64,000 bases of DNA from Eledone cirrhosa (taxonomy: Eukaryota), in the NCBI GenBank assembly GCA_964016885.1, contig OZ024743.1:17856001-17920000 (forward strand). Direction: 5' to 3'. The position numbers and the translations under genes are program-made. This document shows positions 14,571 through 28,565 of the stretch, in pieces; position 1 is the first letter of the stretch; every line of letters begins with the position of its first letter. Under the pieces are notes generated by a model that was given only the letters and a program-made list of their open reading frames with translations, was not told where the DNA came from and ran no database searches.

Positions 14571-16889
14571 GGCACTTCAATAATGGTTTTTAAATATGGT
14601 CACATTGTCGGCAATTGTTGGATGATGAGAAATATGCTTATATTGACCTTCGTATAAGACCTACACATTATGTAATCAACTTCATGATGTGGTACGAGGA
14701 TAGCATCTTGGCAGCATTTTAAATCAAATCTTAAAGATCCAAAACAGATATTTTCTTTTCACTATACCCTATTATTATATATATTTCTCAATTTTATATA
14801 CTTTTAGTAGCATCAGAATTGGAACTATATCGAAGATTACTTTAATATACGAAAGTAACTTTAAAAAAAGAAAATTATATTATGCAAGATATTAAATTGT
14901 GTATTTTAATAACGGAAGAAAACTACGACAAGTATGATTGATGGAGGCTCCACTTGATTTCTTTTTCTTAAAGATATTGAATATTTGCTTATGTGTTTCC
15001 AAAAGAAAGGAAATTATTTGTCAAATTTTGAAATTAAAGTATGTACTAAGTGTCAGTTAGGAATAAGTACTGTGAGCTAAATGAAATGATCCGATAGTTA
15101 CAATGTCACCTCATAAGAAGATAATATATTGATTATTGAAATGAAAACTGAGATTTAAAATCATTAAAAGCCATTACAATTGAAGGCATTCATTTTCTGA
15201 TAAATGTGCACAGTTTTCTGTACATTATATATTACCACATTTTAGACTTTACTCTTCGTAATGATTAATATATTAAGATATTAATTTCTACGATCCATTT
15301 ACCATACTATAGAAGAAGAATTCCGAAAGTGTTAAACATTAAAAGGTATGTTTTGTTCGATCAATATTTCGTGATGATTAGAACAGAAAATACAATTTAA
15401 TTAGGTGGCAGGACATGAGATATTATACATGATAGGTCATTGAAATATGGAGGAATAAATGCATTTCAGTATTCTCAAGAAGAAAGAAAAGGGAGTATAG
15501 GTATACATGGCATGTCAAACTACATATATACTTGTGCCACCGATGAGTTTCATGAGTGAAATTGTTTGGTATGTTGTCCTCAAATTGTTCTCAAATGAAG
15601 AATTGTATCATTTAATTCGTTGCAAGCTAGTTTGTGAGTCTATTTTGACTTCAGCCATATCAGTAAATGATTTAACTTAATTGGGCATTGTCCGGACGTT
15701 CCTTGGTGTAAACATATATAATTGAATTAATTCTTAGCACAATATGGATATGATGTAAAGCATGTTATAAATCATCGAAATTAAGGGAATTTGGTGTTGT
15801 TGAATATACAATAAAATCACGTATTAGCAGTATGACCAGCTGGGTTGTAATGAGTTGATTTTTCTTTTGTATATTCTGTCGTTGTGAGATCTAATGAAAC
15901 GGTAACGTATTGTACAGTATTTGTATTTCCTAACTGAGTGCTAGACACACTCCACGTGTGAAAATGGTGGGTAGGTGTCACATGATTTTCTTGTAATATC
16001 CTGGACCGCGTAAGCAGAATATTGTATTAGAATCAGTAACATTAGAATATGATTGTTTTAATGGAAATGATGAAATGTTCAATTTGAGCACGGTCGTTGC
16101 CTAAACGACAAAGCTATCAATACAACAGACAATGTCCGCGAATAAATCAGCCAACGCTATAAATTTTCATCTCGAAATTTATATTAATTTCGTTGTTAAT
16201 ACCACCTGGCTGTCAAGATGTTTAGCTGTATTAAGAAATGAGAAAACAAGATTCAAATTAAAGTATTTACGAATATCATTTTCTTTTATGTAAGGTTGAT
16301 GGACTGGCAGCATAGGTACAGCATCAGACACCATACTTTGTATCATAGAATGATGGCCCTGCAAGATTTGAGATGAAATCCCGCTGACAGTAGCCTTGCC
16401 ATTCAAACTTACGGGGTCGTTAAAAGAAGCAAAAGTGAGTATTTGGGTCGGTTTAATTGACATTCCCATCCCCTTCAAATTGATGGTTGTGTAGCTAAAG
16501 CAGAAACTATTAATTTATACGTTACCGATTATTTCAAGTTTGATTAATTTGTTAATTCATTTATTCCGATTTTTCAGGAGCAAGTGATTCAAGGTATTTC
16601 AAAATGATATTTAATTTCAGCCATATTGTATTATGTATTGTGATTTGAGAATGTAACACTATACAGCCAACGAAAATTACATATGTATACGTATAACCCA
16701 AGACATGCATAAAATGTCTCATACAAAATAAACTATATATACTTGCTAACATGATAGATAACATGTTACGAAACTAAGAATAATTAAAAAATATTTTTTT
16801 CACAGGTATATATGATTCTTTTAATTGTTGCAATAATTGATTCATAAGTAATAACTGTACATATAATATATCCATAAATTGGAGCATGT

Positions 16890-16959
<70 letters not shown>

Positions 16960-17102
16960 TTAGTTAAGTAAAATAAGACCACACATTTCACAACGAAGAC
17001 ATAGTTTAGAGATAGTCAACATAGTTGTAATTTAATATAAAGGATGTAAAGAATAAACATGATAATACTAATAATGTGCTTTTACAATTGACTCGCTACT
17101 CC

Positions 17103-17183
<81 letters not shown>

Positions 17184-17188
<5 letters not shown>

Positions 17189-17264
17189 TGCTGCCATAAA
17201 ATGGTTGGTGTAACCTAACTTTGGTAACTTACTGACCCCGAGCAACGCCGGGCTTTAATGCTAA
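17184..17264 (+). mobile_element. Helitron-like 3' terminus (short copy)
   Basis: Hairpin CCCG-agcaacgc-CGGG about 10 nt before GCTAA (CTRR), embedded in (TA)n. Confidence 0.6.
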
Positions 17265-17273
17265 TATATATAA

Positions 17274-17385
<112 letters not shown>

Positions 17386-17398
17386 TTATATTTATATA

Positions 17399-17780
17399 TA
17401 CTAGCACTAAAGCCCGGCGTTTCTCGGGGTCAGTAAGTTACCAAAGTTAGGTTGCACCATCCATTTTATGTCAGCAATTTTTTTGTCTGCCAGGCACTGG
17501 GTGAATGAATTGCAGACCTGGACTGCCGAAGCAGGAGCTGTGCCAGCAGTGACAATTGTAGTTTCGCCTATGAATATTATCTCTGTGCAAAGAGGTGTTG
17601 ACATTTATTTTTTCACAGTACTTGCGCAACACGCGCGTAGACGATGCCAGCCGAACAACAGAGCAACGATGAAGTTGTTCTGCATGGTTGTCTAATGTGT
17701 GTTTTCTAAATTTAAGACAGTAGGGAGGGGTGTGATATGGGGGATAGTTAGCTGCTGTTTCTAGCAGGTTTAGTGACCTC
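17399..17780 (-). mobile_element. Helitron-like non-autonomous element, 3' end
   Basis: Reverse complement of the 17184-17264 end: CTAG terminus at 17401 plus the CCCGG..CGGG hairpin. The distal boundary is uncertain. Confidence 0.55.
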
Positions 17781-17802
17781 ATAGAGGATATTATTGTGTA
17801 TA

Positions 17803-17990
17803 AGGGCGGTGAATTGGCGGTATCGGTAGAGGGTTGGACACCATGCTTTCTAGCATAGTTACGTCCCTTTACAGTCTGAGTTCAAATCCCGCCGATGTTA
17901 ACTTTGCCTTTCATCCTTACGGGGTCGATAAAATAAAGTACCAGTAATGTACTGGTTAATTGCTGGCCTTGTGCCTGAAGTAGAAACAAT
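17803..17990 (+). mobile_element. Full-length tRNA-derived SINE (~190 bp)
   Basis: A-box-like TGGCGGTATCGG, B-box GAGTTCAAATCCC, central GCCTTTCATCCTTACGGGGTCGATAAAATAAAGTACCAG; 13-bp TSD attattgtgtata at 17790 and 17989. Confidence 0.92.
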
Positions 17991-18522
17991 TATTGTGTAT
18001 AGTAAATGAACTGATACTTTTTTCTTCCACGTTCGTTGATAGATGTTTTTAAAAAGATTTATCGGTATTATATTTGTTGTTGAATAAATTTATCTGTTGC
18101 TTTTGAATAATTGTTGTTTCGTATGAAATGTAATAAGTTTTCTTTGTCATTGAGGTAAATAAATGTTTGACCGCTGCACACCCAAAAACAAACTTCCCTC
18201 TCCCTCTCTCACTCTCTCTCTCTCTCTTAAAGTTTGCAAGTTTAATCGTATATCAGAGAAAGTTGCAGCATGTATGTAGTTTTCTTTTACTTTTAAGGGG
18301 AGTAGAGAGAGGTAATCAGATTCTATTAGTGGGGTTAAGCGTCATTAATTTAGTTGTATCGATTATTTCCGTAACTGGTGTTGAGTTTGAATGAATTAAA
18401 TAGTCGTCGACCTAATTTAGACCATTTACAACATTCTAACAGAGACGTTGAGTCGAATTAGTTTGAAATTGTGCAAATGTATAAACATGGAACATGCACA
18501 CACACACAACAACAATCTGCCT

Positions 18523-18638
18523 TCTATAGATAATTGTTTCTACTTTAGGCACAAGGCCAGCAATTACCAGTGCACTACTGGTACTTTATTTTATCGACCC
18601 CGTAAGGATGAAAGGCAAAGTCAACCTCTATAGATAAT
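18523..18638 (-). mobile_element. 5'-truncated SINE
   Basis: 3' ~95 bp of the SINE, with 12-bp TSD tctatagataat at 18523 and 18627. Confidence 0.9.
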
Positions 18639-18640
18639 GA

Positions 18641-18720
<80 letters not shown>

Positions 18721-18808
18721 TATTTCGTATCTCCAAAGAAATACGGTTTTAGGAAGCCGTAGCTATGCTAACACCCTCTGGTGATGTCCCGCAGAAGCAA
18801 GGGGGACA

Positions 18809-18852
18809 ACCGTCTATGCATTTCAGGCTTAACTGGCCTTCGTCAAGACGGT
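18809..18852 (-). ncRNA. Minimal type I hammerhead motif, family G
   Basis: The minus strand reads ACCGUC-UUGACGA-AGGC-caguuaa-GCCU-GAAA-UGC-AUA-GACGGU: 6-bp stem I, 4-bp stem II, palindromic AUGCAU stem III, with C3 changed to U. Confidence 0.8.
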
Positions 18853-19354
18853 CCCTCCCACCGCTTGCGACTGCTGGACTAGAAGACAGGCGAGAATATA
18901 TAGTTTTCTCGTATGTTGTAAATGAGGTGATTAATCTCATTTGCATATGACGCTGTATAAGTTGGCTCAACTTATAATAAAAAAGAAATAGGATTTCGGT
19001 TCAGGCATAGCTTTATACAATATGTATAAATGGTAACAAGCTGCTGGGTAATTGACAGAGTTGTGAAGTTGTGCCAGCTACGGTATTAGACATCTTCATT
19101 GGGTGTATGGTTCGTGTATTTGTTATTGATACGAATTGTAGTGAAATACATTTGCCTCAACAACTCTCCAAAGAATAAGTGGGTAAAGGAAAGAACAATA
19201 TTTATTTACTTTATTTAAACTAGAACTATCTTAAATACACATATTATTCGTTACATATTTATGTAATGAGTCATATTGATAATATTACTAACAATTCAGG
19301 TAACTCTGTTATTATGCCTTTCAGCCCACATATTGCTTGAATCCATATGTTTTG

Positions 19355-19387
<33 letters not shown>

Positions 19388-19403
19388 GGTGGTACTACTA
19401 CTT

Positions 19404-19436
<33 letters not shown>

Positions 19437-19485
19437 GTAGTAGTAGTAGTAGTAATAGTAGTAGTAGTAGTAGCAGTAGCAGCAG
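19355..19485. repeat. Compound trinucleotide microsatellite (GTT/GGT/CTA/GTA)
   Basis: Read directly. Confidence 0.95.
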
Positions 19486-19599
19486 ACACATGAATCGACA
19501 ATTGTAGTGCAATATATACTATTATGCTAGTACTGAGAACGGAATACGTACTAATGTAGATCAGATATACAGTTTTCACATTATTAAAATAATGCACCA

Positions 19600-19650
19600 T
19601 TAATACACTGGGTTAATTGTTGGCCTTGTGGCAAAAGTAGAAACAATTAT
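19600..19650 (+). mobile_element. SINE 3'-terminal fragment
   Basis: cactgggttaattgttggccttgtggcaaaagtagaaacaattat matches the SINE 3' end. Confidence 0.8.
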
Positions 19651-20189
19651 ATGTACGACTTGTAAATAATATAGCACACATTCAAAAATTATATCACGAT
19701 TAGCATTCAATTATATCACGAATATTACAATAGTATTGACGATGTGTGACAGTAAAGTATCTCGCTGATAATAATTATTTTCGCATGCAATCCATTCTTA
19801 TTCAACACAATTTAAACATAGCATACATCATATTAAAAATTATCAATATCTAAAGTCATTTAATTAATGTCAATAGGTCATAAGTTTGCGTTCCTATATT
19901 TGATGTTTAATATATTTCATTGCAAGTTATCTTTAGCAAACATATAATATGAATAGGTGGAATCAGTTGAAGATTCCTGTATCCTCCGAAATGAGTGTAA
20001 CTAAACACAATATATGATTAAAATTTACTCAGTGGAGTAGCTATAATATGTCCTAATAAAATAGAGTTATGCTTCGAGCTGAGCTTTAATCGGTGTCTCC
20101 AGGAACATTTACGCCCTATTTCTTTTTTTTGTTCCTTTCATTAGAAATAACAAATGTAAAAAACGTGATATATCATTCAATATATCATT

Positions 20190-20352
20190 CCTGGAGCTGA
20201 TCGACAGTGATACATATGTGAAATGTTATTAGATATGTTATGATGCAACACTGATTCTTTGTTCCTTTATTCTTATACTATTATATTTTACTCTGCGTGA
20301 GCATCGGGTGCTCACTCGGCATACCGCCTAGGGAAGCACTTTCTTGCACCTA
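20190..20352 (+). mobile_element. Older family-B-like element 3' end with tail
   Basis: gcaacactgattct and tactctgc...gggtgctc...ggcataccgc match 20885-20965. Confidence 0.6.
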
Positions 20353-20370
20353 TACATATACTTTCTTGCA

Positions 20371-21113
<743 letters not shown>

Positions 21114-21636
21114 CATACTGAATATCGATAGAATGTAATCATACTTTGTTAATGTTTAATAAATTATCTGAACGATAAGCGTTTATCTGCACACGTTTCA
21201 CTTTTTTCTACAACTCCAACGTTGTATTTTAATACCGGAAATGTACAACTCCTTGTAGTACAACTTATTTACAAATGTTACTGATTGTTTTTTTGCACCT
21301 CGTACAGAGAGGGTAAACCAGGAATCATTCGCAATTATTGTTCTGTTCCTTTATTGATCATTCCCCATCCTCCCACAATCACGGGTATTGTAACGTCCTT
21401 GAGGCGCCACATTTTCTAAATTTCAATAAGCAGATATTTATATTTTCGTAGCTTGTCAACTACTTTTGCCGGTATATTTGATCACATGGGATGCTCATGT
21501 CTATCAATAAAGAAACGTTGTTATATTGATCTTTTACAATGATGTCAGCTCCATTTGCTTTTATGGTCCTGTAAGTATGTACAGGAAAGTCCCAGATAGT
21601 TGTTACTTTTTCTCCTTCAGTTACAGCCTCGGGGTG

Positions 21637-24240
21637 ATTATTATTATTATTACCATCACTATTGTTCTTTGAGTCTCAGTCATTAATGTTGGTTAACTGG
21701 AAAGTTTGTTGAAATGAATATCAAGCCATTACCTGCAGCCTCAGTTATTCAGGACGTATCGGAGGGTTCTTGCTGTTCCCAGCAAGCATGCCTTTTGAAG
21801 TATTCCAAAAAGCGGGGCGGGAACAATTTTCTTTAACCATCCCTGGAAACTCTTTGAGATAGTACCTAGTGCGCCTATGACAATCGGGACCACTTTGATT
21901 TCATGGCAGTTCCAAATCCTTTTTACCTCCCACTTTAATTCCTGGTATCGGTTAATTTTCTCCCTCTCCTTCTCTTGCACTCTCGTGTCGAATGGGCAGG
22001 CCACATCCACAATCAGGCACGATCATTTTTCTTGTCCAAAACCACCAGGTCAGGTCTATTGTGTTCCAGTTTCTTGTCGCTCTGTGTCCTAAAATCCCAC
22101 AGCACCTTCACCTGATCGTTTTCACCGACTCTGGCTTGTGCTCATACCACTTCTCAGAATGTGGTAAGTTGTTTACTTTGCATAGGTGCCAGTGGATCAT
22201 CCTGCCCATCACATCATGTCTCCAGCCTTTATAGTGAGTCTAGGCTAGGTGTTTACACTCAGATACAATGTGATCCACAGTCTCCTCTCTTTCTCAACAG
22301 ATCCTGCACAGTGGGCTAGCCCCCTCCTTGTAAATATGGTGTTTCAGCCACTTCGTTTTGAGTCCCATCTCTTGCGAAGCCATTAGCATTCCTTCTGTAG
22401 CCTGGTCTCCTCTTTAAGGTCTCCTCTTTTCAACCAGTTCCATGTCTGTGGATCTCTGAATTCAGTTTTCTCAAAGAAGATACTATGAAGGGACTTTTCA
22501 TGAAGGTTGCTCTTTCTCCTTGTTGTTAATTCCTCCTTGGACATCCCCGCGTCCATTGTTCTCTCTTTCAGTACAATTCTGAGCCTTGTCTCCCTACTAT
22601 CAGTCACGTATTCGTGTAGGTTGTTTTTCTCCATCTGAATACAGTCCTCTATGCCGATAAGACCTCTTCCACCTTCAGATCTCCTTAAGAAGAGTCTATC
22701 GACATCACTCCTTTTGTGGAACATGTTGTAGATAGTCAATAGCTTCCTAGTCTTCCTATCCATTTCTATTTCTTCAGTAACATTCCATCTCAGAATTCCC
22801 GCACTGTACCTCATAATAGACACAGCTCGGGAATTTACTGCACGTATGACATTCCTACTGTTCAGATGTGATTTTAATACGCTCCTTACTCTCCGAATGT
22901 ATTCAGATCCTATCAATTCCTTCATTGTTTTTTTCTTGGTGTTATCTGCCTCCAGAACATCCAAATACTTGTATCCTTCTTCAGTGTCAATTACCTTTAT
23001 CATCTCACCTGTTGGTACCTGGATTCCCTTGATTCTGCTCAATTTACCCCTCTTCATCACAAGGACTCCACACTTACTAATACCAAATTGCATACATATA
23101 TCATTGCTGAAAATACGGACAGTGTCAACGAGCACATCCAACTCCTTCTCACTCTTCCCGAAGAGATTAAGATCGTCCATGAAGAGGAGGGTGATTGATG
23201 GTAAGCTCTGCCTTTCCCAACTTGTATCCTATTCTCAATTTCGCAGTATAATGTTCAGGGGCATCAGGGCAAGGACAAACAACAGAGGGGAGAGAATATC
23301 TCCCTGGAATATACCTCTCTTGATCTTCACGCCTCCCAAGGATTCTCCAGCTGATGTTAACTCTGTTTTCCAGGACTTCATACTTTTGCTCAACATATGT
23401 CTTATGTTATCTGCCACCTTGAAGATCTCTAGGATTTTGTTGATTCAAGAATGAGACACCATGTCAAATGCCTTTTTGTAGTCTATCCATTCCATAGCAA
23501 GACCAGTGTGTCTCCTCTTGCTATTCCTCATTACCATCTTATCAATAAGTAACTGGTCCTTTGTATCACGGGACTTATTTCGGCATTCTTTCTGTTCTGC
23601 CGGTAACAAGTCGTGTATGTGGAGGTAATGGTAGATTTCTCAGACACAATGCTTGTCAGCAGTTTCCACATTACGGACAGACATGTGATAGGTCTATAGT
23701 TGGTAACATAACCCTTGATTCGGACTTTCATTACCAGAAATGTGGTACATTTTGTGAACCACTCTGGTACCTCACATGACAGCAAGCAGTCATTGAACAT
23801 GGCTGTCAGTTTCGCGTGGAGGCATGTTATGTTTTTTAATCCAATACTCCTGCACAACATCTGGGCCTGGTGATTTCCAGTTGGTTAATTTTTTGGTCTG
23901 CCCCTTAAGAGTTTTAACTGTGATACTCAAATCAGTTTGTTTGTGTATCTGGCACTAATCTCCTTTTGTACTGTCTCAACCTACACTACCTGGTCATAAT
24001 GTTTAACATCCTGCTCCCATATTCCTCTCCAGAATGTCTCAGTTTGTTCCGCTTCAGGGATCAAGTCGTTGCCTCTTTCTTTCCCTTCAAGCAGTCTAAA
24101 CAACATCTTCTGGTTGTTGTCAAACATGCGGTTCTGTCTATACTGACTGCCTCTGCTCTCGTATCGCCTAATTTTTGCACTCTTTGCTACAATGCGTGTC
24201 TTCAGTTCCTCTATGATAATATTAAGCTTCTTTCCTCCTA
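21637..24240 (-). mobile_element. R4/Dong-type RT-RLE LINE, family A, 5'-truncated and disrupted
   Basis: NYRPITCL, GIFQGDILSPLLF, FMDDLNLFGK, GGRGLIG, then RLE-type DVACPFD...VPIVIGALG; flanked by (TTA)n. Confidence 0.93.
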
Positions 24241-24241
24241 G

Positions 24242-24299
<58 letters not shown>

Positions 24300-24301
<2 letters not shown>

Positions 24302-27122
24302 AGTTGCATTTATCTTGCTTTATGTTCATACGAGTTATCACCAAGTCACAACCACTGACCTCAAGAGACAACAAGGTCCGCCATCTTCAAGAAAGAACAT
24401 ACATACTCACTCATGCATCTTTAGTGTTTAGACTTGTGATGTACTTATATTGACAGAATCTTCCTTAGTATATGGGCAGTTCCCATTAGTACTATCTTTT
24501 GTATTTCTCCTATACGCGGGTTTCCTGGGATTTGCGATAAGTAATCATTAGACCCCTTAGGTATCATTCCCAGAGCGCCTACAACCACTGGTATTGTTTT
24601 AGTTCTCAATTTCCACATTTTTCCAATTTCTATCTCCAGGTGCTTATACTAGCTCAATTTTTCAAATGTTTTTATATATACATTCTTGTCTATTGGAACA
24701 GACATATCAATTAGCAGGCATACCCTCTTTTTAAAGTCCTTCAATATTATATCAGGTCTATTTGCATCTATTTTTCGGTCTGTTTGATGGGTTAAAGTTT
24801 TGTCAACATCAGGATTGTTAGCGCGCTCTGGGTATTTTCCATACAGAGGATTTTCTTGCCATTTCTTAGCCAGTTTCTGTAGCAGTTCTTTCTTTGCAGT
24901 TACTTTTACCTGCTTTGCTTTTTCTGTGTTTTCCATTTCAGCAGTAAATGGGACTTCTGAAATTTGTAGTCCATTACTGTATCTTTGTGCATCTTTTGTA
25001 ATGGAATATGATCTTTTGATGCTTTCGTGTTTCAAAACGAGTTTGATCATCCAATCATCTGATTCCCTTAGATATGTAGATAATCCAATTGTTGCAGTTT
25101 TCAACGCAATGTTTAACTGGATTAACCCACGTCCTCCTTCTTTCCTAGGGAGATATATTCTATCTATATCTGCCTTAGGGTGATGCATTCCGTGCATGGT
25201 TAAGAGTTTTCGAATTTTTGTATCGAGCCTACGGATTTCTGTGCTTGACCAGTTGATGACATTGTAACTGTAGGTTACTACTGGTATGGCAAGCGTGTTT
25301 ATGGCATCGATCCTATTCCTTGCATTCAATTCCGTTCTTAAGATTGCTGTTACTCTGCGTTAACATTCCTTCCTTATCCTTTCCCTCATTGTCGAGTGCT
25401 TGATTCCGTCTCCTTCACAAACACCTAGATATTTGTAAGTTTGTTCTTGATCAAGTTCTCTTATCACGTTCCACCGATCAAGATTAATGTCTGAACTCTT
25501 CAGCAGCTTTCCTCTGGTGAACGTTGCTTTGGCGCATTTATCTAGTACAAACTCCATTTTAATGTCATCACTGAACTGCTCCACAGTGGATAATAGCCCT
25601 TGCAATTGTTCATCATTTTTTGCAAATAGTTTCAGGTCATCCATGTAGAACAAGTGATTAATGGTTTTGTCATAGACTTTATATCCATGTTTTGTTTCAT
25701 TGAGCATTTTACTTAATGGTATAAGTGCGATGCAGAATAAAAGCGGTGATAAAGAGTCAACCTGAAAAATTCCACACTTAATATTAACTTCTCCAGCTTC
25801 CAGTGATTTTGTTTCACTGTTCAAAAGGAGTGTCGTTTTCCATGTCTTCATACTGAATGACAAAAACCTCCTGACAACGGTGGATATTTTGAAAATCTCT
25901 AAACGTTTTTCAATCCAACTATGTGGCAAACTATCGAATGCTTTTTTATAATCTATCCAAGCAATCGATAGATTTTTGTGTCTATTATGACAATCTTCCA
26001 GTATCATTTTGTTAACCAGAAGCTGATCCTTACAGCCATATGAGCCTCGTTTACACCCTTTCTGCTCAATGGGAAATAGGTCATTTGTTATCAGGTGGTC
26101 ATATGTGTATTCAGTTAGGACTGATGTTAACATTTTATACATTGTGGTCAAGCAAGTTATCGGTCTGTAATTTTTGGGATTGTTTGTCTCATCATTCTTC
26201 GGAAGCAGGAATGTAATGCCGTTAACTAGCCATGATGGTATCTTTTCTGGCTCCTTAACTATTTCATTGTAAAGTTGGGCTAACAGCTCATGAGACTCTG
26301 TGAAGGCATTTATCCAAAAGTTTTGTATTTTGTCTTTTCCTTGGGATTTCCATTTGCTGGCTTTTCTTAGAGCCAAGCGCAAGTGTTCAACTGTTATATT
26401 TTCACATATTTGTTCCTCAAGGTGAGCTGTATCTTTCATTTGTCTGTCTATCCATGGGGCATGTACGTTATGAACTTTTTCTTCCGCCCAGATCTTTTCC
26501 CAGAATTCTTGCACTTCCTCTTTGGGTGGTATTGATTTAGCAGTTATTGTTGACTTACCAATTTTCCTGTAGAAGTTTCTTTCGTTGTTTTTGAACATAT
26601 TATTGTCCTTATAGAATCTAGATCGTTTTTCAAAGCACCTTATATGAGCAGCTTTGGCCGACACTTTTTGCTTGATTATTTCTATTAGCATGTCTATGTC
26701 ACTTGTTGATTTTATACTGTACTTTATTTTCAATTTTCTAAGTTTAGTTTTTTTAACCTGTTCACCTACTTTATAGTTTGTTAAAATTTCTATGTCAGAT
26801 CGGAGAAGGTTTATTTGGCGATTGATGTTCTCTTGCCAAGTAGATTTCTTGTGGGAATTCCTTTGTTTTTTCATCTTCACTCCACATAAGTGAGTGGTGA
26901 TTTTAGCCGATGCATAACAGAGATGATTTAAATCAGTAATGTTTAGTTTGTTTGTGATGATACTGTTTTTGAGAATTATGTTATTCTTGTGTATTATCTT
27001 TTGGTTCTGTTTGGAGTTCTGGATCTTAGGGATGGTGTCTCGTTGCCCCATGTCAGATTCTTTCATTTTCATCCATTCGATCATAATTTCAACCTTCAAG
27101 TTGGCAAGTTCATTCTCATTCA
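24300..27122 (-). mobile_element. R4/Dong-type RT-RLE LINE, family B, 5'-truncated
   Basis: Long RT ORF continuing to NRPDIILKD...LIDMSVP (RLE); (TTA)n on both sides. Confidence 0.93.
25360..27122 (-). CDS. Open reverse-transcriptase region of family B LINE (~587 codons; ends at a premature stop)
   Basis: [45 protein letters not shown] and YKYLG. The ORF-track start at 27228 is read-through from the neighbour's UTR and (AAT)n. Confidence 0.85.
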
Positions 27123-27152
<30 letters not shown>

Positions 27153-27155
<3 letters not shown>

Positions 27156-27557
27156 TGTTGCATTTATCTTGCTTTATGTTCATACGAGTTATCACCAAGT
27201 CACAACCAGTAACCACAAGAGACAACAAGGTCCGCCATGTTCAAGAAAGAACATACATATTCACACATGCATCTTTAGTGTTTAGACTTGTGATGTACTT
27301 ATATTGACAGAATCTTCCTTAGTATATGGGCAGTTCCCATTAGTATTATCTTTTGTATTTCTTCTATACGCGGGTTTCCTGGGATTTGCGATATGTAATC
27401 ATTAGACCCCTTAGGTATCATTCCCAGAGAGCCTCCAACCACTGGTATTGTTTGAGTTCTCAATTTCCACATTTTTCCAATTTCTATCTCCAGGTCCTTA
27501 TACTTGCTCAATGTTTCAAATGTTTTTATAGATACATTCTTGTCTATTGGAACAGAC
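27153..27557 (-). mobile_element. 3' fragment of Dong-type family B
   Basis: Near-identical to 24300-24705; translates SKYKDLEIEIGKMW...ILMGTAHILRKILSI. Confidence 0.92.
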
Positions 27558-27585
27558 TATTATTATTATTATTATTGTTGTTATT

Positions 27586-28537
27586 CCTTGAATCTCAGTC
27601 ATTGATGTTGGTTAACTGGAAAGTCCGTTGGAATGAATATCAAGCCACTACCTGCAGCCTCAGATATTCAGGACGTATCGGAGGGTTCTTGCTGTTCCAA
27701 GCAAGCATGCCTTTTGAAGCGTTCCAAAAAGCGTAACGGGGCCGATTTTCTTTAACCATCCCTGGAAACTTTTGGAGAGGGTCCCCAGTGCGCCTATGAC
27801 AATCGGGATCACTTTGACTTCATGGCAGTTACAAATCCTTTTCACCTCCCACTTTAGGTCCTGGTATCGGTTAATTTTCTCCCTCTCCTTCTCTTGCACT
27901 CTCGTGTCGAAAGGGCAGGCCACATCCACAATCAGACACGATCTTTTTTCTTTGTCCACAACCACCAGGTCATGTCTATTGTGTTCCAGTTTTTTGTCCG
28001 TCTGTATCCTAAAATCCCACAGCACCTTCACCTGATTGTTCTCCATCACCACCTCTGGCCTATGCTCATACCATTTCTCAGAGTGTGCTAAATTGTTTAC
28101 TTTGCACAGGTGAAAGTGGATCACGCTGACGTCACATCGTGTCTCCAGTCCTTATAGTGGGTCTGGGCTAGGTGTTTACATTCGGACACAATGTGAGCCA
28201 CAGTCTCCTCTCTCTCTCCACAGATCCTGCACAGTGGGCTAGCCTCCTCCTTGTAAATATGGTGCTTCAACCACTTCGTTTTGAGGGCCTGCTCCTGCGC
28301 AGCCATTAACAATCCTTCTGTAGCCTTTTTGAGGTCTCCTCTTCTCAACCAGTTCCATGTCTGTGGATCTCTAAATTCAGTTTTCTCAAAGAAGGTACTA
28401 TGAAGGGATTTTCCCTTATGCTGCTCTTCCTCCTTGATGTTATTTCCTCCTTGGACATCCCCTGGCCTACTGTCCCTTCCTTCAGTACAGTTCTGAGCAT
28501 TGGCTCCTTACTATAGGTCACGTATTTGTATAGGTTG
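27586..28537 (-). mobile_element. 3' fragment of Dong-type family A (CCHC knuckle plus RLE)
   Basis: CRICGEREETVAHIVSEC...RHD, WDFRIQTD, DVACPFD; homologous to 21660-22625. Confidence 0.92.
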
Positions 28538-28565
28538 TATTATTATTATTATTATTATTATTATT

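Noticed and set aside
15535-15572. Degenerate hammerhead-like string after possible ancient Penelope remnants
   Set aside because: Too many core deviations, and there is no second copy to confirm it.
16179-16478. Possible host exon (GC-richer, GTGAGT at 16435)
   Set aside because: No good splice acceptor, stops in all plus frames upstream, and no recognisable protein.
17803-17895. tRNA gene
   Set aside because: The A and B boxes belong to a multi-copy SINE with TSDs; there is no intact cloverleaf.
27123-27228. N-terminus of the 622-aa ORF
   Set aside because: It is built from the neighbouring element's 3' UTR and the (AAT)n tract.
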